From an uncultured virus (IMG/VR IMGVR_UViG_3300022925_000007) (taxonomy: Duplodnaviria > Heunggongvirae > Uroviricota > Caudoviricetes): 64,000 nt of DNA. Position numbers and translations under genes: made by a program. The stretch lies in the IMG/VR virus record IMGVR_UViG_3300022925_000007; one strand, 5' to 3'. Below, one piece after another: positions 46,547 to 56,468 of this stretch. Numbering within the stretch: position 1 is the stretch's first letter; each line of letters starts with the position of its first letter. The notes beneath the pieces were generated by a model that saw only the letters and a program-made list of their open reading frames with translations, was not told where the DNA came from and made no database searches.

Positions 46547-48970
46547 GTGGCAACTAGAATTCAACTTCGTAGGGATACTGCCGCTAATTGGACTAGCAAT
46601 AACCCAACGCTCGCCAACGGTGAGATGGGCGTAGAGACAGATACATTCAAGTTCAAGATTGGTAACGGATCGACTGCTTGGAACGCACTACAATATGCTT
46701 CCTCAACGTCATCGTATGCTGACTCAGATGTAAACGTGCACTTAAACACAAGCACTGCTGCATCTGGCGAGTATCTAAGTTGGAACGGTTCTGACTATTC
46801 ATGGGATTCTGTTCCTGCAGGATACGCCGATTCAGACGTCGGCGCTCATCTAAACGTCATCAGTGCTACTTCTGGACAGTTCTTGAGTTGGAACGGAACT
46901 GATTATGCATGGGATTCTGCTGATTTAGCCGCTACTGACCCCCTATCAATGTACCAAGATGCTGGAACGGCTCCAACACCCTACGTCTGGATGGATTTTG
47001 GCAACAATATGAATGACTCTGGGAGTGCTAACCTTCCAGCCACCAGTGGTGCTACGCCGGTATATACAAGTGACAGAGACGGGGTTAGCAATCACGCCTA
47101 TGTCTTTGGCAATGGCTCAACATTAGGTTGGGTAACAAGCCCTGCTAGCCCAAATAGCGATTTTTTCTGGGGCATTTGGTATAAATCAGACGGCGCAACA
47201 TTTGGTTCGAACGCAATTATTTTAGGTACTGCCTATAGCGTAGGCAATGAGTTAATTCACATAGGCGCTACGCCGGTAAATTCTACTACGGCACAGCTTC
47301 AAATAAAGCATACAGAAAACGGCGCTTGGGTTACCTCTGTTGCCTCTATACAGCCAACGTGGACAGATTGGAACCATTACGCAATGGTGAAATCTGGCAA
47401 TAGCCTATATCTTTACTTGAATGGCGCAGTTGTAGCCACAGATACTTTAGCGGGAACATATACCTATCAAAATAGTTTAAATGTCGGTCTATACGTCTCA
47501 GGTAGGGCAACCGGCGATTATGATGATATTCAGCTTTATACAACTATACCTATTACTGCGGGAGAGAGATTTAATACAAACAACATTGGCGGCGGGGCTG
47601 TCAAAGTTGGAGAGCTTGAAGTTACAGGCAACCAGACAAACTCTCTATTCAAAGTAAGGCAATACGAATCAGGAGTGTTAACGGAATACACGACTGCTGA
47701 TTTTGTATCAGCAGGATACGCCGATTCAGACGTCAACGCTCATCTAAACATCGACAGCGCAACCAGTGGTCAGTTCTTGAGTTGGGACGGAACTGATTAT
47801 GCATGGGACTCTGTTTCTGCATCACCTTGGACAGACAACACATCGTATGTGACCTATGTTGGTGATGTTGTTATTGGCAGAGATATTAGTCCAGACAACA
47901 TCAATGCTAACTGGAAAGGAATAACGGTAGCAGGACCAACAGGCGGTGGAATTAATTTTCAAAACTCGCTTGGCAATCAATTAGCAGGAAGGATTATTGG
48001 CAATGGTGCCAGTCTGCAAATACGTCCTGGTACTGGTGGTAACATACAACTAGAAGATCCTCTCGGCGCTGATGTACTCAAAATCAATAATGATAAGACG
48101 GTTGAATTTGCCGGTGCATTCACATTTCCTAACACCGACGGAACTGCGAACCAAGTATTAACTACTGACGGTGCTGGAACAGTTACATGGAATTCTGCTG
48201 GCGGTGGTGGTCTAGACTCTGCTGCTGTTGCCACACTTATAGATTCAGATCTGCAGAATCCAACGACACTTACTATTGGAAGTTCTTCTAGCAAAATCGT
48301 AATAGGAAGTGGAGCGAGTACTAGTGGGTCATCAACAGTTTCCGTTGGAATCAACTCCACTACCTCTGCAAATGCATCAGTTGCCGTTGGAAGTTCTTCA
48401 AATGTCTCATCTATCGGTGGCGTAGCTATCGGATTGCGTGCCAGTGCTACTGGCAGTGCCTCGGTTGCTGTTGGCGGGGACGCTGATGCAACCGGCAGTG
48501 GAAATACCGCTTTCGGGCATACTTCTCAGGCAACTGCGGCGGGCGGCGGCGCAACATCTATTGGGGGGAGTTCGAACGCGACCGGCACCGGGACCACAGC
48601 AATTGGTCGTATAACTAATAGTAGCGGTACGTATTCAACTTCATTAGGGTACAACGCGCGCACCAGCGGCAATTATTCTATAGCAATAGGCGCTGATACA
48701 TTATCAAGCGGGAACAATTCGATATGCATTTCTGCTGACACTAGTTCTTTTACCAATAGTAATGTGAACGGAATTGACATACGAACGTCGGATTCTGCTT
48801 CTATACATTACTCTCAGGATTCTGATTTTGTTTTCGGTGCTGGCGTTACGATGACAGATCTAGTCTCAACTGGTGCCACTATTGTCTTTAACAACCTTCC
48901 AACTTCTGATCCTGTTAATGCGGGGCAACTTTGGAATGATTCGGGAACTTTAAAAGTATCGGCAGGATAA
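46547..48970 (+). CDS. Tail fibre: Mtd-N-like domain, repeats, LamG-like lectin domain, YadA-head-like repeats
   Basis: IQLRRDTAANW...NP.L..GE.G.ETDT..FKIGNG; WNHYAMVK...YLNG; 14-residue S.A.G repeats. Confidence 0.8.
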   Translation: MATRIQLRRDTAANWTSNNPTLANGEMGVETDTFKFKIGNGSTAWNALQYASSTSSYADSDVNVHLNTSTAASGEYLSWNGSDYSWDSVPAGYADSDVGAHLNVISATSGQFLSWNGTDYAWDSADLAATDPLSMYQDAGTAPTPYVWMDFGNNMNDSGSANLPATSGATPVYTSDRDGVSNHAYVFGNGSTLGWVTSPASPNSDFFWGIWYKSDGATFGSNAIILGTAYSVGNELIHIGATPVNSTTAQLQIKHTENGAWVTSVASIQPTWTDWNHYAMVKSGNSLYLYLNGAVVATDTLAGTYTYQNSLNVGLYVSGRATGDYDDIQLYTTIPITAGERFNTNNIGGGAVKVGELEVTGNQTNSLFKVRQYESGVLTEYTTADFVSAGYADSDVNAHLNIDSATSGQFLSWDGTDYAWDSVSASPWTDNTSYVTYVGDVVIGRDISPDNINANWKGITVAGPTGGGINFQNSLGNQLAGRIIGNGASLQIRPGTGGNIQLEDPLGADVLKINNDKTVEFAGAFTFPNTDGTANQVLTTDGAGTVTWNSAGGGGLDSAAVATLIDSDLQNPTTLTIGSSSSKIVIGSGASTSGSSTVSVGINSTTSANASVAVGSSSNVSSIGGVAIGLRASATGSASVAVGGDADATGSGNTAFGHTSQATAAGGGATSIGGSSNATGTGTTAIGRITNSSGTYSTSLGYNARTSGNYSIAIGADTLSSGNNSICISADTSSFTNSNVNGIDIRTSDSASIHYSQDSDFVFGAGVTMTDLVSTGATIVFNNLPTSDPVNAGQLWNDSGTLKVSAG
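46817..47813 (+). repeat. About 100-bp direct repeat pair (46817-46920 and 47711-47813); a diverged third copy lies at about 46714-46810
   Basis: GCAGGATACGCCGATTCAGACGTC...CAGTTCTTGAGTTGG.ACGGAACTGATTATGCATGGGA is present twice. Confidence 0.85.
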
Positions 48971-48983
48971 TTTTACAAACGAC

Positions 48984-48991
48984 TATAAATA
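48984..48991 (+). promoter_or_regulatory. T4 late promoter TATAAATA
   Basis: Exact consensus, intergenic. Confidence 0.8.
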
Positions 48992-49016
48992 AATGAAAAT
49001 CGAACGGGTTTTATAA

Positions 49017-49511
49017 ATGGCCAGACAAAATATATTTACAGGAACAGTAGCAAATGATCGGACGGGCGATACGCTTCGTCAAGCTGCTGAGAAAATTAAT
49101 GAGACATTTGTAGAACTGTATCAGTATCTTGGCGGCGATAGTGATCAACTATCCTCGTTGGTATCTGTAAGTGCTACTGGTGTCACTCTTGACGGCAGTT
49201 TGGTTTACGGTTCTGAAACTCTTGACTCTGCTGGCGGCACAGGTAATGCGGCGAGTTTAGTCAAACCATTGACAGTCTTTAGCAATACTGACGCGCAGTC
49301 ATTTACTCTGGCGAATGCTTCTGCTACTGGTCACTCTAAAAAGTTTATAACTACTGGAGCAGGTACAGCAACAATCACGCCAACAAGTTTTGCTAACGGA
49401 ACGTCAATTAATCTAGCGCAAAATGGCGCTTGCGAATTAATTTGGGGCGGGAGTAACTGGCATTTGTTTAGCGATGTTGACTCTGCTTCTGCGCTCACGA
49501 TCTCACCATAA
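49017..49511 (+). CDS. Baseplate protein with gp9/gp10-type N-terminus
   Basis: Q.I..G..AND.TGD.LR....KIN..F.ELY. Confidence 0.75.
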   Translation: MARQNIFTGTVANDRTGDTLRQAAEKINETFVELYQYLGGDSDQLSSLVSVSATGVTLDGSLVYGSETLDSAGGTGNAASLVKPLTVFSNTDAQSFTLANASATGHSKKFITTGAGTATITPTSFANGTSINLAQNGACELIWGGSNWHLFSDVDSASALTISP

Positions 49512-49528
49512 TGTAGTGGAATAAAATA

Positions 49529-50917
49529 ATGGCATCTACAGTAACATATAATTTTAGAGACCTTGCTATTGATAAAATCTTTGAGGACATAGATTCTTCA
49601 GGGACTAATCATTACGTCGGCATTGGTAGGTCACAAGACTGGACGGATAGTGACGGAAGCGGTTCTTTGGTTCCGGAAGCTGCTTCTAATAGTCCTAGAG
49701 TTACTCGTAACCTTCGTCAAAACTTGCAATCGATTAAGAAAGTTTCTGACCGCGAGTTTGTTGTACCTCGCTATAATTGGTCTTCTGGTACAATTTACAG
49801 CGCATATGACGATGCGTATACAAGCAACTCACTGATCAACCCATACTATGTGTTGACGGCAGACAATTCTGTTTATATTTGTCTACAGCAAGGCAAGAAC
49901 AGCGCAGGTTCGGCTGTTACTTCAACTGTACTGCCGTCAGGAACTTCTACCGATCCATTCAAAACAGCAGATGGTTATGTTTGGAAGTATTTGTTCACGT
50001 TGACATCAGGTAATGCCAACAAGTATTTGTCTGCTAATTTCCTTCCGGCCACTTTTGTAGATTCCGCTGGCAGTGGCGACCCGCTCGCGACTCAGGAACA
50101 GTATAGCGTTCAAAATGCTGCAGACTCTGGTGAGATTATTGGAATCGTTGTCACCAATGGCGGTACAGGTTATACAAGCACACCAACAGTTACTATTAAC
50201 GGTGACGGTTCGGGTGCAACTGCAGTGGCAACCGTATCTGGCGGCGCGATAACGAAGATTGAAATAAAGGATAGTGATGGACTTGGAACCGCAGGATTCC
50301 AGTATGGTACAGGTTATCGTTATGCTACTGTAGAGTTCAGCGGCGGCGGTGGTGCAGGAGCAACCGCGCGAACTATTCATGGTCCGCTCGCTGGTATCGG
50401 AGCAAACCCAAGAGAAGACCTTCGCGCATCATCTTTAATGGTCAATGTTAAAATTGATGGAGCAGAAGGCGGCGACTTTATTACCGATAACGATTACCGT
50501 CAGATTAGTTTCTTTAAGAACTTTACTCAATACGACAGCAGCGGTTTATTTACAGACGCAACAGGCGATTGCTTGCGTAGACTCAAGTTTGATACAGGAA
50601 CATATTCCGGCACTATCGTAAATGATATGTTGATAACCCAAAGTTCATCAGGCGCTTCAGCATATGTTGATAACTTTGATGGTACTGATACGATTCGTTA
50701 TCACCAAACCGAAGAGACAGGTTTCGTTAACTTCCAAGAAAACGCAGCAGTTACATTCTCTGGCGGCGGATTTACTTTGCTCACTACAGCAGACAGTGCA
50801 CTCATAGCACCCGATATAGATATTTACAGCGGTGAGGTGTTGTACTTCGATAACAGAGCAACCGTGTCAAGAGCGGCAGATCAAACCGAAGACGTAAAAA
50901 TTGTTATTCAATTTTAA
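49529..50917 (+). CDS. 8: Baseplate wedge subunit gp8
   Basis: PRYNW.SG..Y..YD, VYICL, DGYVWKYL, SGEVLY.DNR, QTED.KIVIQF. Confidence 0.85.
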   Translation: MASTVTYNFRDLAIDKIFEDIDSSGTNHYVGIGRSQDWTDSDGSGSLVPEAASNSPRVTRNLRQNLQSIKKVSDREFVVPRYNWSSGTIYSAYDDAYTSNSLINPYYVLTADNSVYICLQQGKNSAGSAVTSTVLPSGTSTDPFKTADGYVWKYLFTLTSGNANKYLSANFLPATFVDSAGSGDPLATQEQYSVQNAADSGEIIGIVVTNGGTGYTSTPTVTINGDGSGATAVATVSGGAITKIEIKDSDGLGTAGFQYGTGYRYATVEFSGGGGAGATARTIHGPLAGIGANPREDLRASSLMVNVKIDGAEGGDFITDNDYRQISFFKNFTQYDSSGLFTDATGDCLRRLKFDTGTYSGTIVNDMLITQSSSGASAYVDNFDGTDTIRYHQTEETGFVNFQENAAVTFSGGGFTLLTTADSALIAPDIDIYSGEVLYFDNRATVSRAADQTEDVKIVIQF

Positions 50918-50931
50918 TGGTGGAATTATAA

Positions 50932-53900
50932 ATGGCAAGCAATAGATCAAAGAATATATTTGCGACCACATACAAGGATGATTTCCTTGATAGCGATAAC
51001 TATCATCGAATCCTTTTTAACAGTGGTCGTGCGCTTCAGGCAAGGGAACTTACACAACTTCAGACTATCATTCAACGTGAGATTGAAAGATTCGGAAGAA
51101 ATATATTCAAAGACGGTGCTGCCGTTGACCCAATTTCTAATATCTTTGTTAATAAGATCGATTTTGTAAAACTCGCTTCCGGTACGCTCCCAGCTGCAGG
51201 AACCGAACTCACAGGCGCCACCAGTGGTGTTGTAGCAGTAGTGCGGGAAACTATAGCAGCTGCTGACGGAGACCCAGACACCCTTCTCGTTGATTATACA
51301 GACACTTCTTCGGGCACTCCTGGTGCGACGCCTGTGACGTTCACTGCAGGCGAAACGCTGAATCCTGGCGGTTTAGTTATCGCTGGTAGCAATGCTTTTG
51401 GTAAGAGCACCAAGGGACTCACCGGCGAAGGTGTATTTTTTGTTCAGGGTCACTTCGTTTATAGTGAAGCGCAAGAAACAATTGTCTCCAAGTACAGTTC
51501 TACTCCTACTGACGATCTTGGGTTCAAAGTAGAAGAACGCATATTAACCACTGATGACGATGCTGCGCTTTACGATAATCAGGGTGCTGTGCCAAATATC
51601 ACCGCACCAGGAGCGGATCGTTATCAAATTAAACTTACTCTGACGGCTCGATCGAAAGTAACCTCAAGTGATAACTTTGTTTATACTGCTAAAATTGTTG
51701 ATGGTGAAGTTGTATCGATCAATAATGGTAGAGGCGATTATAACAAGGTCTTAGATCTTGTTGCTCAACGAACCTATGAAGAGTCAGGCAACTATACAGT
51801 AAAACCCTTTGTTGCTACTTTTGAAGAAGATAGTGCCAATACGCATTTAAATCTTTTAGTTGATCCTGGTATCGCATATGTGAATGGATATCGAGTTCAA
51901 CCTTTATCTTCTCGAATAAGAGTTGAAAAGCCGACCGATACAACTACTATTACTGATGCAGTTGCTGCGGCAAACTATGGTAATTATTTGCTCGCCGATA
52001 AAGTAAAGGGCGACTTCGATACGAATAACTTTGCTACTGTTGATCTAAGAAGCGATTCTGCTTATCTCGGTTCTACTATTGGTTCTGCTAGGATTCGTGC
52101 TGTAACGGATGCGCCGAATAGTGAGTATCGTTATTACTTATTTGACGTGAACATGAATTCTGGAAAGAACTTCCGTAACGTCCAATCTTTCGGTAACGAC
52201 AGCAGTAATTATGTCAACATTGCTGCTGACTCAAGTCAAACTACTCTGACGGACATAGCGAATAATAACTTATTCTTCAATCTGCCTAATAACCGTCCGT
52301 CATTTACTGACACGATGCAACTTGATATGAAGGTTCATCGACGTTATACAACCACGGTAAACGGTTCGGGCGAAGGCACTATTGCTATCGCTGATGCTGG
52401 TGCAGGTGACGGTGCGTTTACAGACATTACAGACTGGATCGTAACAGTAGATAGCAGTGAACCTTTGGCATTTACAACTTCAGGTTCAGTTACCAGTCAA
52501 ACGATTACGGTCGGCGGATATACTAGCGGAACGATGAGCGTACAAGCATTCGTTCAACGCCAGAATATCACTGAGCGAAACAAGGTTCTCACCAATTCTA
52601 CTGCTGATCTACTGATCGAGAGCGATGGCACAGGAACTGCGTATCTGAATCTTGGCGAGGCAGATATCTATCGCTTAAACAGCGCAGTAGATAGCGCAGG
52701 CAATGATGTTTCTGTTGACTATACTTTGGACAACGGGCAACGCGATAACTTTTATGCCCTCGGCAAATTAATTTTAAACACGGGGACTACGCCACCTGCT
52801 GCTAGAATTTCAGTAGACTTTGACTACTTCGAGCACAGTGGCACTGGAAACTATTTTAATGCCGCATCCTATAATAACGGTGGATTTGCGTACAAGGATA
52901 TACCAGCTCATCGACTTCAAACTGGAGAGCTAGTGAACCTTCGAGATGTCTTAGATTTTCGTTCACGAATTAACGATGCTGGAACTGGTTTCTCTGGTAC
53001 TGGCGCAGTAGTAAACGAAGTCCCTGAGAATACATCACTCTTAGACGGTGATATGAAATTCTACCTTCCTCGAAGGGATCGGCTGGTAGCAAACTATCTG
53101 GGCGAAGTAGAGTATTACAGAGGAACTCCAAGATATAATCCTGAGTATCCATTGGTTCCGCAACCTTACGCTATGAACCTCTACGATATTCAGTTGAACG
53201 GAAACACTTTGAATGTGAGGGATACCTTCCTCGATTATGTGGACAACAAACGATATACCATGAGGGATATCGGAAGACTTGAACAGAAAATTGAAGAAAA
53301 TAGAGAGTCTATCAGTTTAAGTCTTCTCGAACTTCAGACCGAGAACTTGGAAGTTTTGGATGCGAATGGAAATAATCGCACCAAGTCTGGTTTCTTCGTC
53401 GACAACTTTAGAAACAATATTTCGCAGGACACGCTTTCAAATGAGCATACCGCAGCAGTTGATATAGAAGCATCCGAAATGCGTCCTTCCGGCAAACAAG
53501 TGCATGTTTCACCAGGATATGATTCTGCTTCAAGTAGTAATGTAGTATTGAAGAAAAATTCAGTATTCTTAAATTACGACGAAGAAGTTTACATTGATCA
53601 ATCCCTCGCTTCAGACTTAGTCAACGTCAATCCATTTGATGTAATAAACAATGAAGGGTTTGTGGTCCTAACGCCTGAACGTGACGATTGGGTGAATACC
53701 ACATTAATAGAAGAAGTGGTCGATACGGCATCTGCGGTTTTAACTACGGGTCAAATATTTCGAAATTTTGATAGAGTTGATCCTAACTGGCTCACATGGG
53801 ATTGGGGTTGGTGGGGTAGAAATGGTTTTACTGGTACTGGCAGAAACAATACATTGGGCAGTCAAGCAAGCACCCAATCCACTAGAGAATTTTTGAGAGC

Positions 53901-56010
53901 AAACAATGTAACGCTTGACGAATCGTCGCCGACTATAGGAGAGTTAACAAGGACATTATCGCGAATTGCGATACAAGTCGAAGGTCAGCAGACTGAGCGA
54001 ACAGTACAACAAATATCTGTTCCCTTCATGCGTAGTCGCGAAGTAGCATTCATTGTTAAAAACGTGCGTCCTAATACTCAGCACTTCGCATTCTTTGATA
54101 ATGTTGCTATGGCCAGTTGGGTTCGCTCTCTAAACACTAGCGATTATAATACGCTTCTTAGCAATATACGCAGCAACCCAGACTATCGTATTATTCCTAG
54201 CACAGGATTGACAGCGCATCCGGATGGCGCTACTACGTTAACCAGCGATGCGACCGGAACAATTAGAGGATCGTTCTTCTTGCCGAGTAATGAAGAACTC
54301 AACTTCAGGTCTGGAACCAAAACGCTAGCGTTCTATAACATAAACACCAATAACGCATCATTATCAGACTCTAAAGCATCTGCGGAATTTACTTCCACAG
54401 GTTTGGAAGAAACGATCACCGAAAGAACGAGTGATGTAGTAAGAATAAGACGTTATGACCCATTAGCACAAACTTTCTATAATGATAAAACGCACAGCAT
54501 ATTTGTTACGAGCGTTGGTGTGTATCTAGGAAGCGTAGATCAAACCAGAGATCTGACCTGCGAAATAAGACCAGTTGTAAACGGTTATCCTTCTGGAACT
54601 GAAAGATTGCGGCATGCTGTCGCTTCGCTTTCTGCCGCTGAGTTGTCTGGTGCTGCTTCTTCAAATGCTACTGTTAAAACAACTTTTACCTTTGAAAGAC
54701 CTATTGAGTTGAAGGCAGAAACAGAATATGCTATCGTGTTGCTTTCTCAATCTACTGGTTACACAGTTTGGGTTGCTACTATGGGCAACTTCCTAGTCGG
54801 TTCGACAACCTTGAAGGTGGTATCGCAACCAACGTTGGGATCACTGTTCAAGTCACAGAACGGCACGACTTGGGAACCTTCTCAGAATCAAGATTTAACA
54901 TTCGACTTGAGCATCGCTGACTTTACAAGGAGCGGTTTGAGCGGCGAAGCAAAATTTGCAATGAATGATTTTCCTAACTATCGTTTACGGAATAATCCAT
55001 TCTATGTTGATTCAGCGTCAAACTCAGTAAGAGTTTACCATCCATTCCATGGAATGTTGGTGGGAGATAAGGTACTCATTAATCACTTCGATAGTGCGTC
55101 TGCTGACTCTGATCACCTTCGCGGTATAACCGATGGTCAGATTCAAGGTCTACAAACTATCACCGCAAAGGATGTGACTGGATACACATTTACCTCATCG
55201 GGCACTTCAACCAGTGGCGGATTCGGTGGTGGAAACTTCTGGCAAGCAACTCAGCAAGCACAGATTGATGTTCTCTATACTGGATTCCAAGTTCACAGAC
55301 CAGACGCTTCTGACGCAACTGCTAAGATTAAACTGACAAGCGGTCAGTCTGAAGCTGGTAGTGAACTGGCATATGTCTACGATACGTCTTATACAGATAT
55401 TGTGATTAACAGCAATAATTATTTCTCTGCTCGTAAGATGTTGGTGAATAGTCAAAATAAGACAGCGCAAAGCATGAGTGAATCCGATGACTTGCGTATC
55501 ATTATGACAACCACTAACAAGTACGTGTCACCAGTGGTTGACGCATTAAATACTTCACTACACTGTATCACGAATATCATCGACGATCAAGACTCTGCTG
55601 GTCTTGGAGGCAATCAACCCTTGACCTATACTGCAGAAAATACTGCAGACGGCGGTTCTTCTATAGCAAAATATGTTACTAAGACCGTAACGCTAGAGAA
55701 TGAAGCAGTTGGTCTAAAGGTTCTTATCGGTGCTAACAAACCTTCGGTCGCTTCGTTTGACGTCTACTACAAGACTGCAGGCGTAGATGAGACTATCGCT
55801 GATAATAGCTGGGTACTTGCCGAGGTCGATAACCTTTTGCCTTCTGACGACGATGGTGTTACCTTCAGGGAGTATCGTTATACTATTGGCGGAACTCAAG
55901 GAACGTTGGATCCTTTCGTGCAGTTTAAAATCAAGATTGTGATGCGCACACAGAACAATCTACTTGTTCCTCGCTTCCGAGATCTACGCGCGATTGCCCT
56001 GACAGTATGA
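50932..56010 (+). CDS. Large virion structural protein (VrlC/DUF4815-like)
   Basis: Y.DDF....NY.RILF..GR.LQARELTQLQ, APGADR, RTYEESG.Y.V, DPLAQTF, DLRAIAL. Confidence 0.8.
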   Translation: MASNRSKNIFATTYKDDFLDSDNYHRILFNSGRALQARELTQLQTIIQREIERFGRNIFKDGAAVDPISNIFVNKIDFVKLASGTLPAAGTELTGATSGVVAVVRETIAAADGDPDTLLVDYTDTSSGTPGATPVTFTAGETLNPGGLVIAGSNAFGKSTKGLTGEGVFFVQGHFVYSEAQETIVSKYSSTPTDDLGFKVEERILTTDDDAALYDNQGAVPNITAPGADRYQIKLTLTARSKVTSSDNFVYTAKIVDGEVVSINNGRGDYNKVLDLVAQRTYEESGNYTVKPFVATFEEDSANTHLNLLVDPGIAYVNGYRVQPLSSRIRVEKPTDTTTITDAVAAANYGNYLLADKVKGDFDTNNFATVDLRSDSAYLGSTIGSARIRAVTDAPNSEYRYYLFDVNMNSGKNFRNVQSFGNDSSNYVNIAADSSQTTLTDIANNNLFFNLPNNRPSFTDTMQLDMKVHRRYTTTVNGSGEGTIAIADAGAGDGAFTDITDWIVTVDSSEPLAFTTSGSVTSQTITVGGYTSGTMSVQAFVQRQNITERNKVLTNSTADLLIESDGTGTAYLNLGEADIYRLNSAVDSAGNDVSVDYTLDNGQRDNFYALGKLILNTGTTPPAARISVDFDYFEHSGTGNYFNAASYNNGGFAYKDIPAHRLQTGELVNLRDVLDFRSRINDAGTGFSGTGAVVNEVPENTSLLDGDMKFYLPRRDRLVANYLGEVEYYRGTPRYNPEYPLVPQPYAMNLYDIQLNGNTLNVRDTFLDYVDNKRYTMRDIGRLEQKIEENRESISLSLLELQTENLEVLDANGNNRTKSGFFVDNFRNNISQDTLSNEHTAAVDIEASEMRPSGKQVHVSPGYDSASSSNVVLKKNSVFLNYDEEVYIDQSLASDLVNVNPFDVINNEGFVVLTPERDDWVNTTLIEEVVDTASAVLTTGQIFRNFDRVDPNWLTWDWGWWGRNGFTGTGRNNTLGSQASTQSTREFLRANNVTLDESSPTIGELTRTLSRIAIQVEGQQTERTVQQISVPFMRSREVAFIVKNVRPNTQHFAFFDNVAMASWVRSLNTSDYNTLLSNIRSNPDYRIIPSTGLTAHPDGATTLTSDATGTIRGSFFLPSNEELNFRSGTKTLAFYNINTNNASLSDSKASAEFTSTGLEETITERTSDVVRIRRYDPLAQTFYNDKTHSIFVTSVGVYLGSVDQTRDLTCEIRPVVNGYPSGTERLRHAVASLSAAELSGAASSNATVKTTFTFERPIELKAETEYAIVLLSQSTGYTVWVATMGNFLVGSTTLKVVSQPTLGSLFKSQNGTTWEPSQNQDLTFDLSIADFTRSGLSGEAKFAMNDFPNYRLRNNPFYVDSASNSVRVYHPFHGMLVGDKVLINHFDSASADSDHLRGITDGQIQGLQTITAKDVTGYTFTSSGTSTSGGFGGGNFWQATQQAQIDVLYTGFQVHRPDASDATAKIKLTSGQSEAGSELAYVYDTSYTDIVINSNNYFSARKMLVNSQNKTAQSMSESDDLRIIMTTTNKYVSPVVDALNTSLHCITNIIDDQDSAGLGGNQPLTYTAENTADGGSSIAKYVTKTVTLENEAVGLKVLIGANKPSVASFDVYYKTAGVDETIADNSWVLAEVDNLLPSDDDGVTFREYRYTIGGTQGTLDPFVQFKIKIVMRTQNNLLVPRFRDLRAIALTV

Positions 56011-56011
56011 T

Positions 56012-56239
56012 ATGAAGAATTATATACCTGTCAGCGGTAACTCCAACTTGGTCAAAGACCCTAGGAGTAATGCGGTGATCAATATAAATAATGATGAGAT
56101 ACGGGCAGCAAAAGAACGTAAAAAAAGAATGCAGGAAAAGGCGAAAGAAGAGCAATTACTCAAGCAAGACGTTCAAGATTTAAAAGAAGATATGTCTGAA
56201 ATTAAGTCCCTGCTTCAACAGTTATTAGAGAAGAAATAA
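56012..56239 (+). CDS. Small coiled-coil conserved protein
   Basis: V.G..NLV.D..S.A.IN; EIKSLL.QL. Confidence 0.7.
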   Translation: MKNYIPVSGNSNLVKDPRSNAVININNDEIRAAKERKKRMQEKAKEEQLLKQDVQDLKEDMSEIKSLLQQLLEKK

Positions 56240-56454
56240 TGGCAACGATATCGTTACAACTCGTTGATAGTTTTGCTACGTTGAGGACGAAGTTCAATTC
56301 GCTCTCAACGAATCTTGGCGATTTAACTCTATTAACGACCGACGCAACCAGTTCAATAGTCGCCGCAATCAATGAAATAGATAGTGCTTCAACTGTAGCA
56401 TCAGGCAGAGTTCTAGAGGTTTATGATCGTAACGGAACTTTGTTGAATCCTTAA
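56239..56454 (+). CDS. Small structural protein (fibre N-terminal-like)
   Basis: DSF...R.K.N, GD...L.T, S.VAAINE. Confidence 0.6.
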   Translation: MATISLQLVDSFATLRTKFNSLSTNLGDLTLLTTDATSSIVAAINEIDSASTVASGRVLEVYDRNGTLLNP

Positions 56455-56468
56455 TGGTGGAGTAAATT

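Noticed and set aside
46547..46700. Diversity-generating retroelement suggested by the Mtd-like N-terminus
   Set aside because: There is no reverse transcriptase, and the repeat copies do not differ specifically at adenines.
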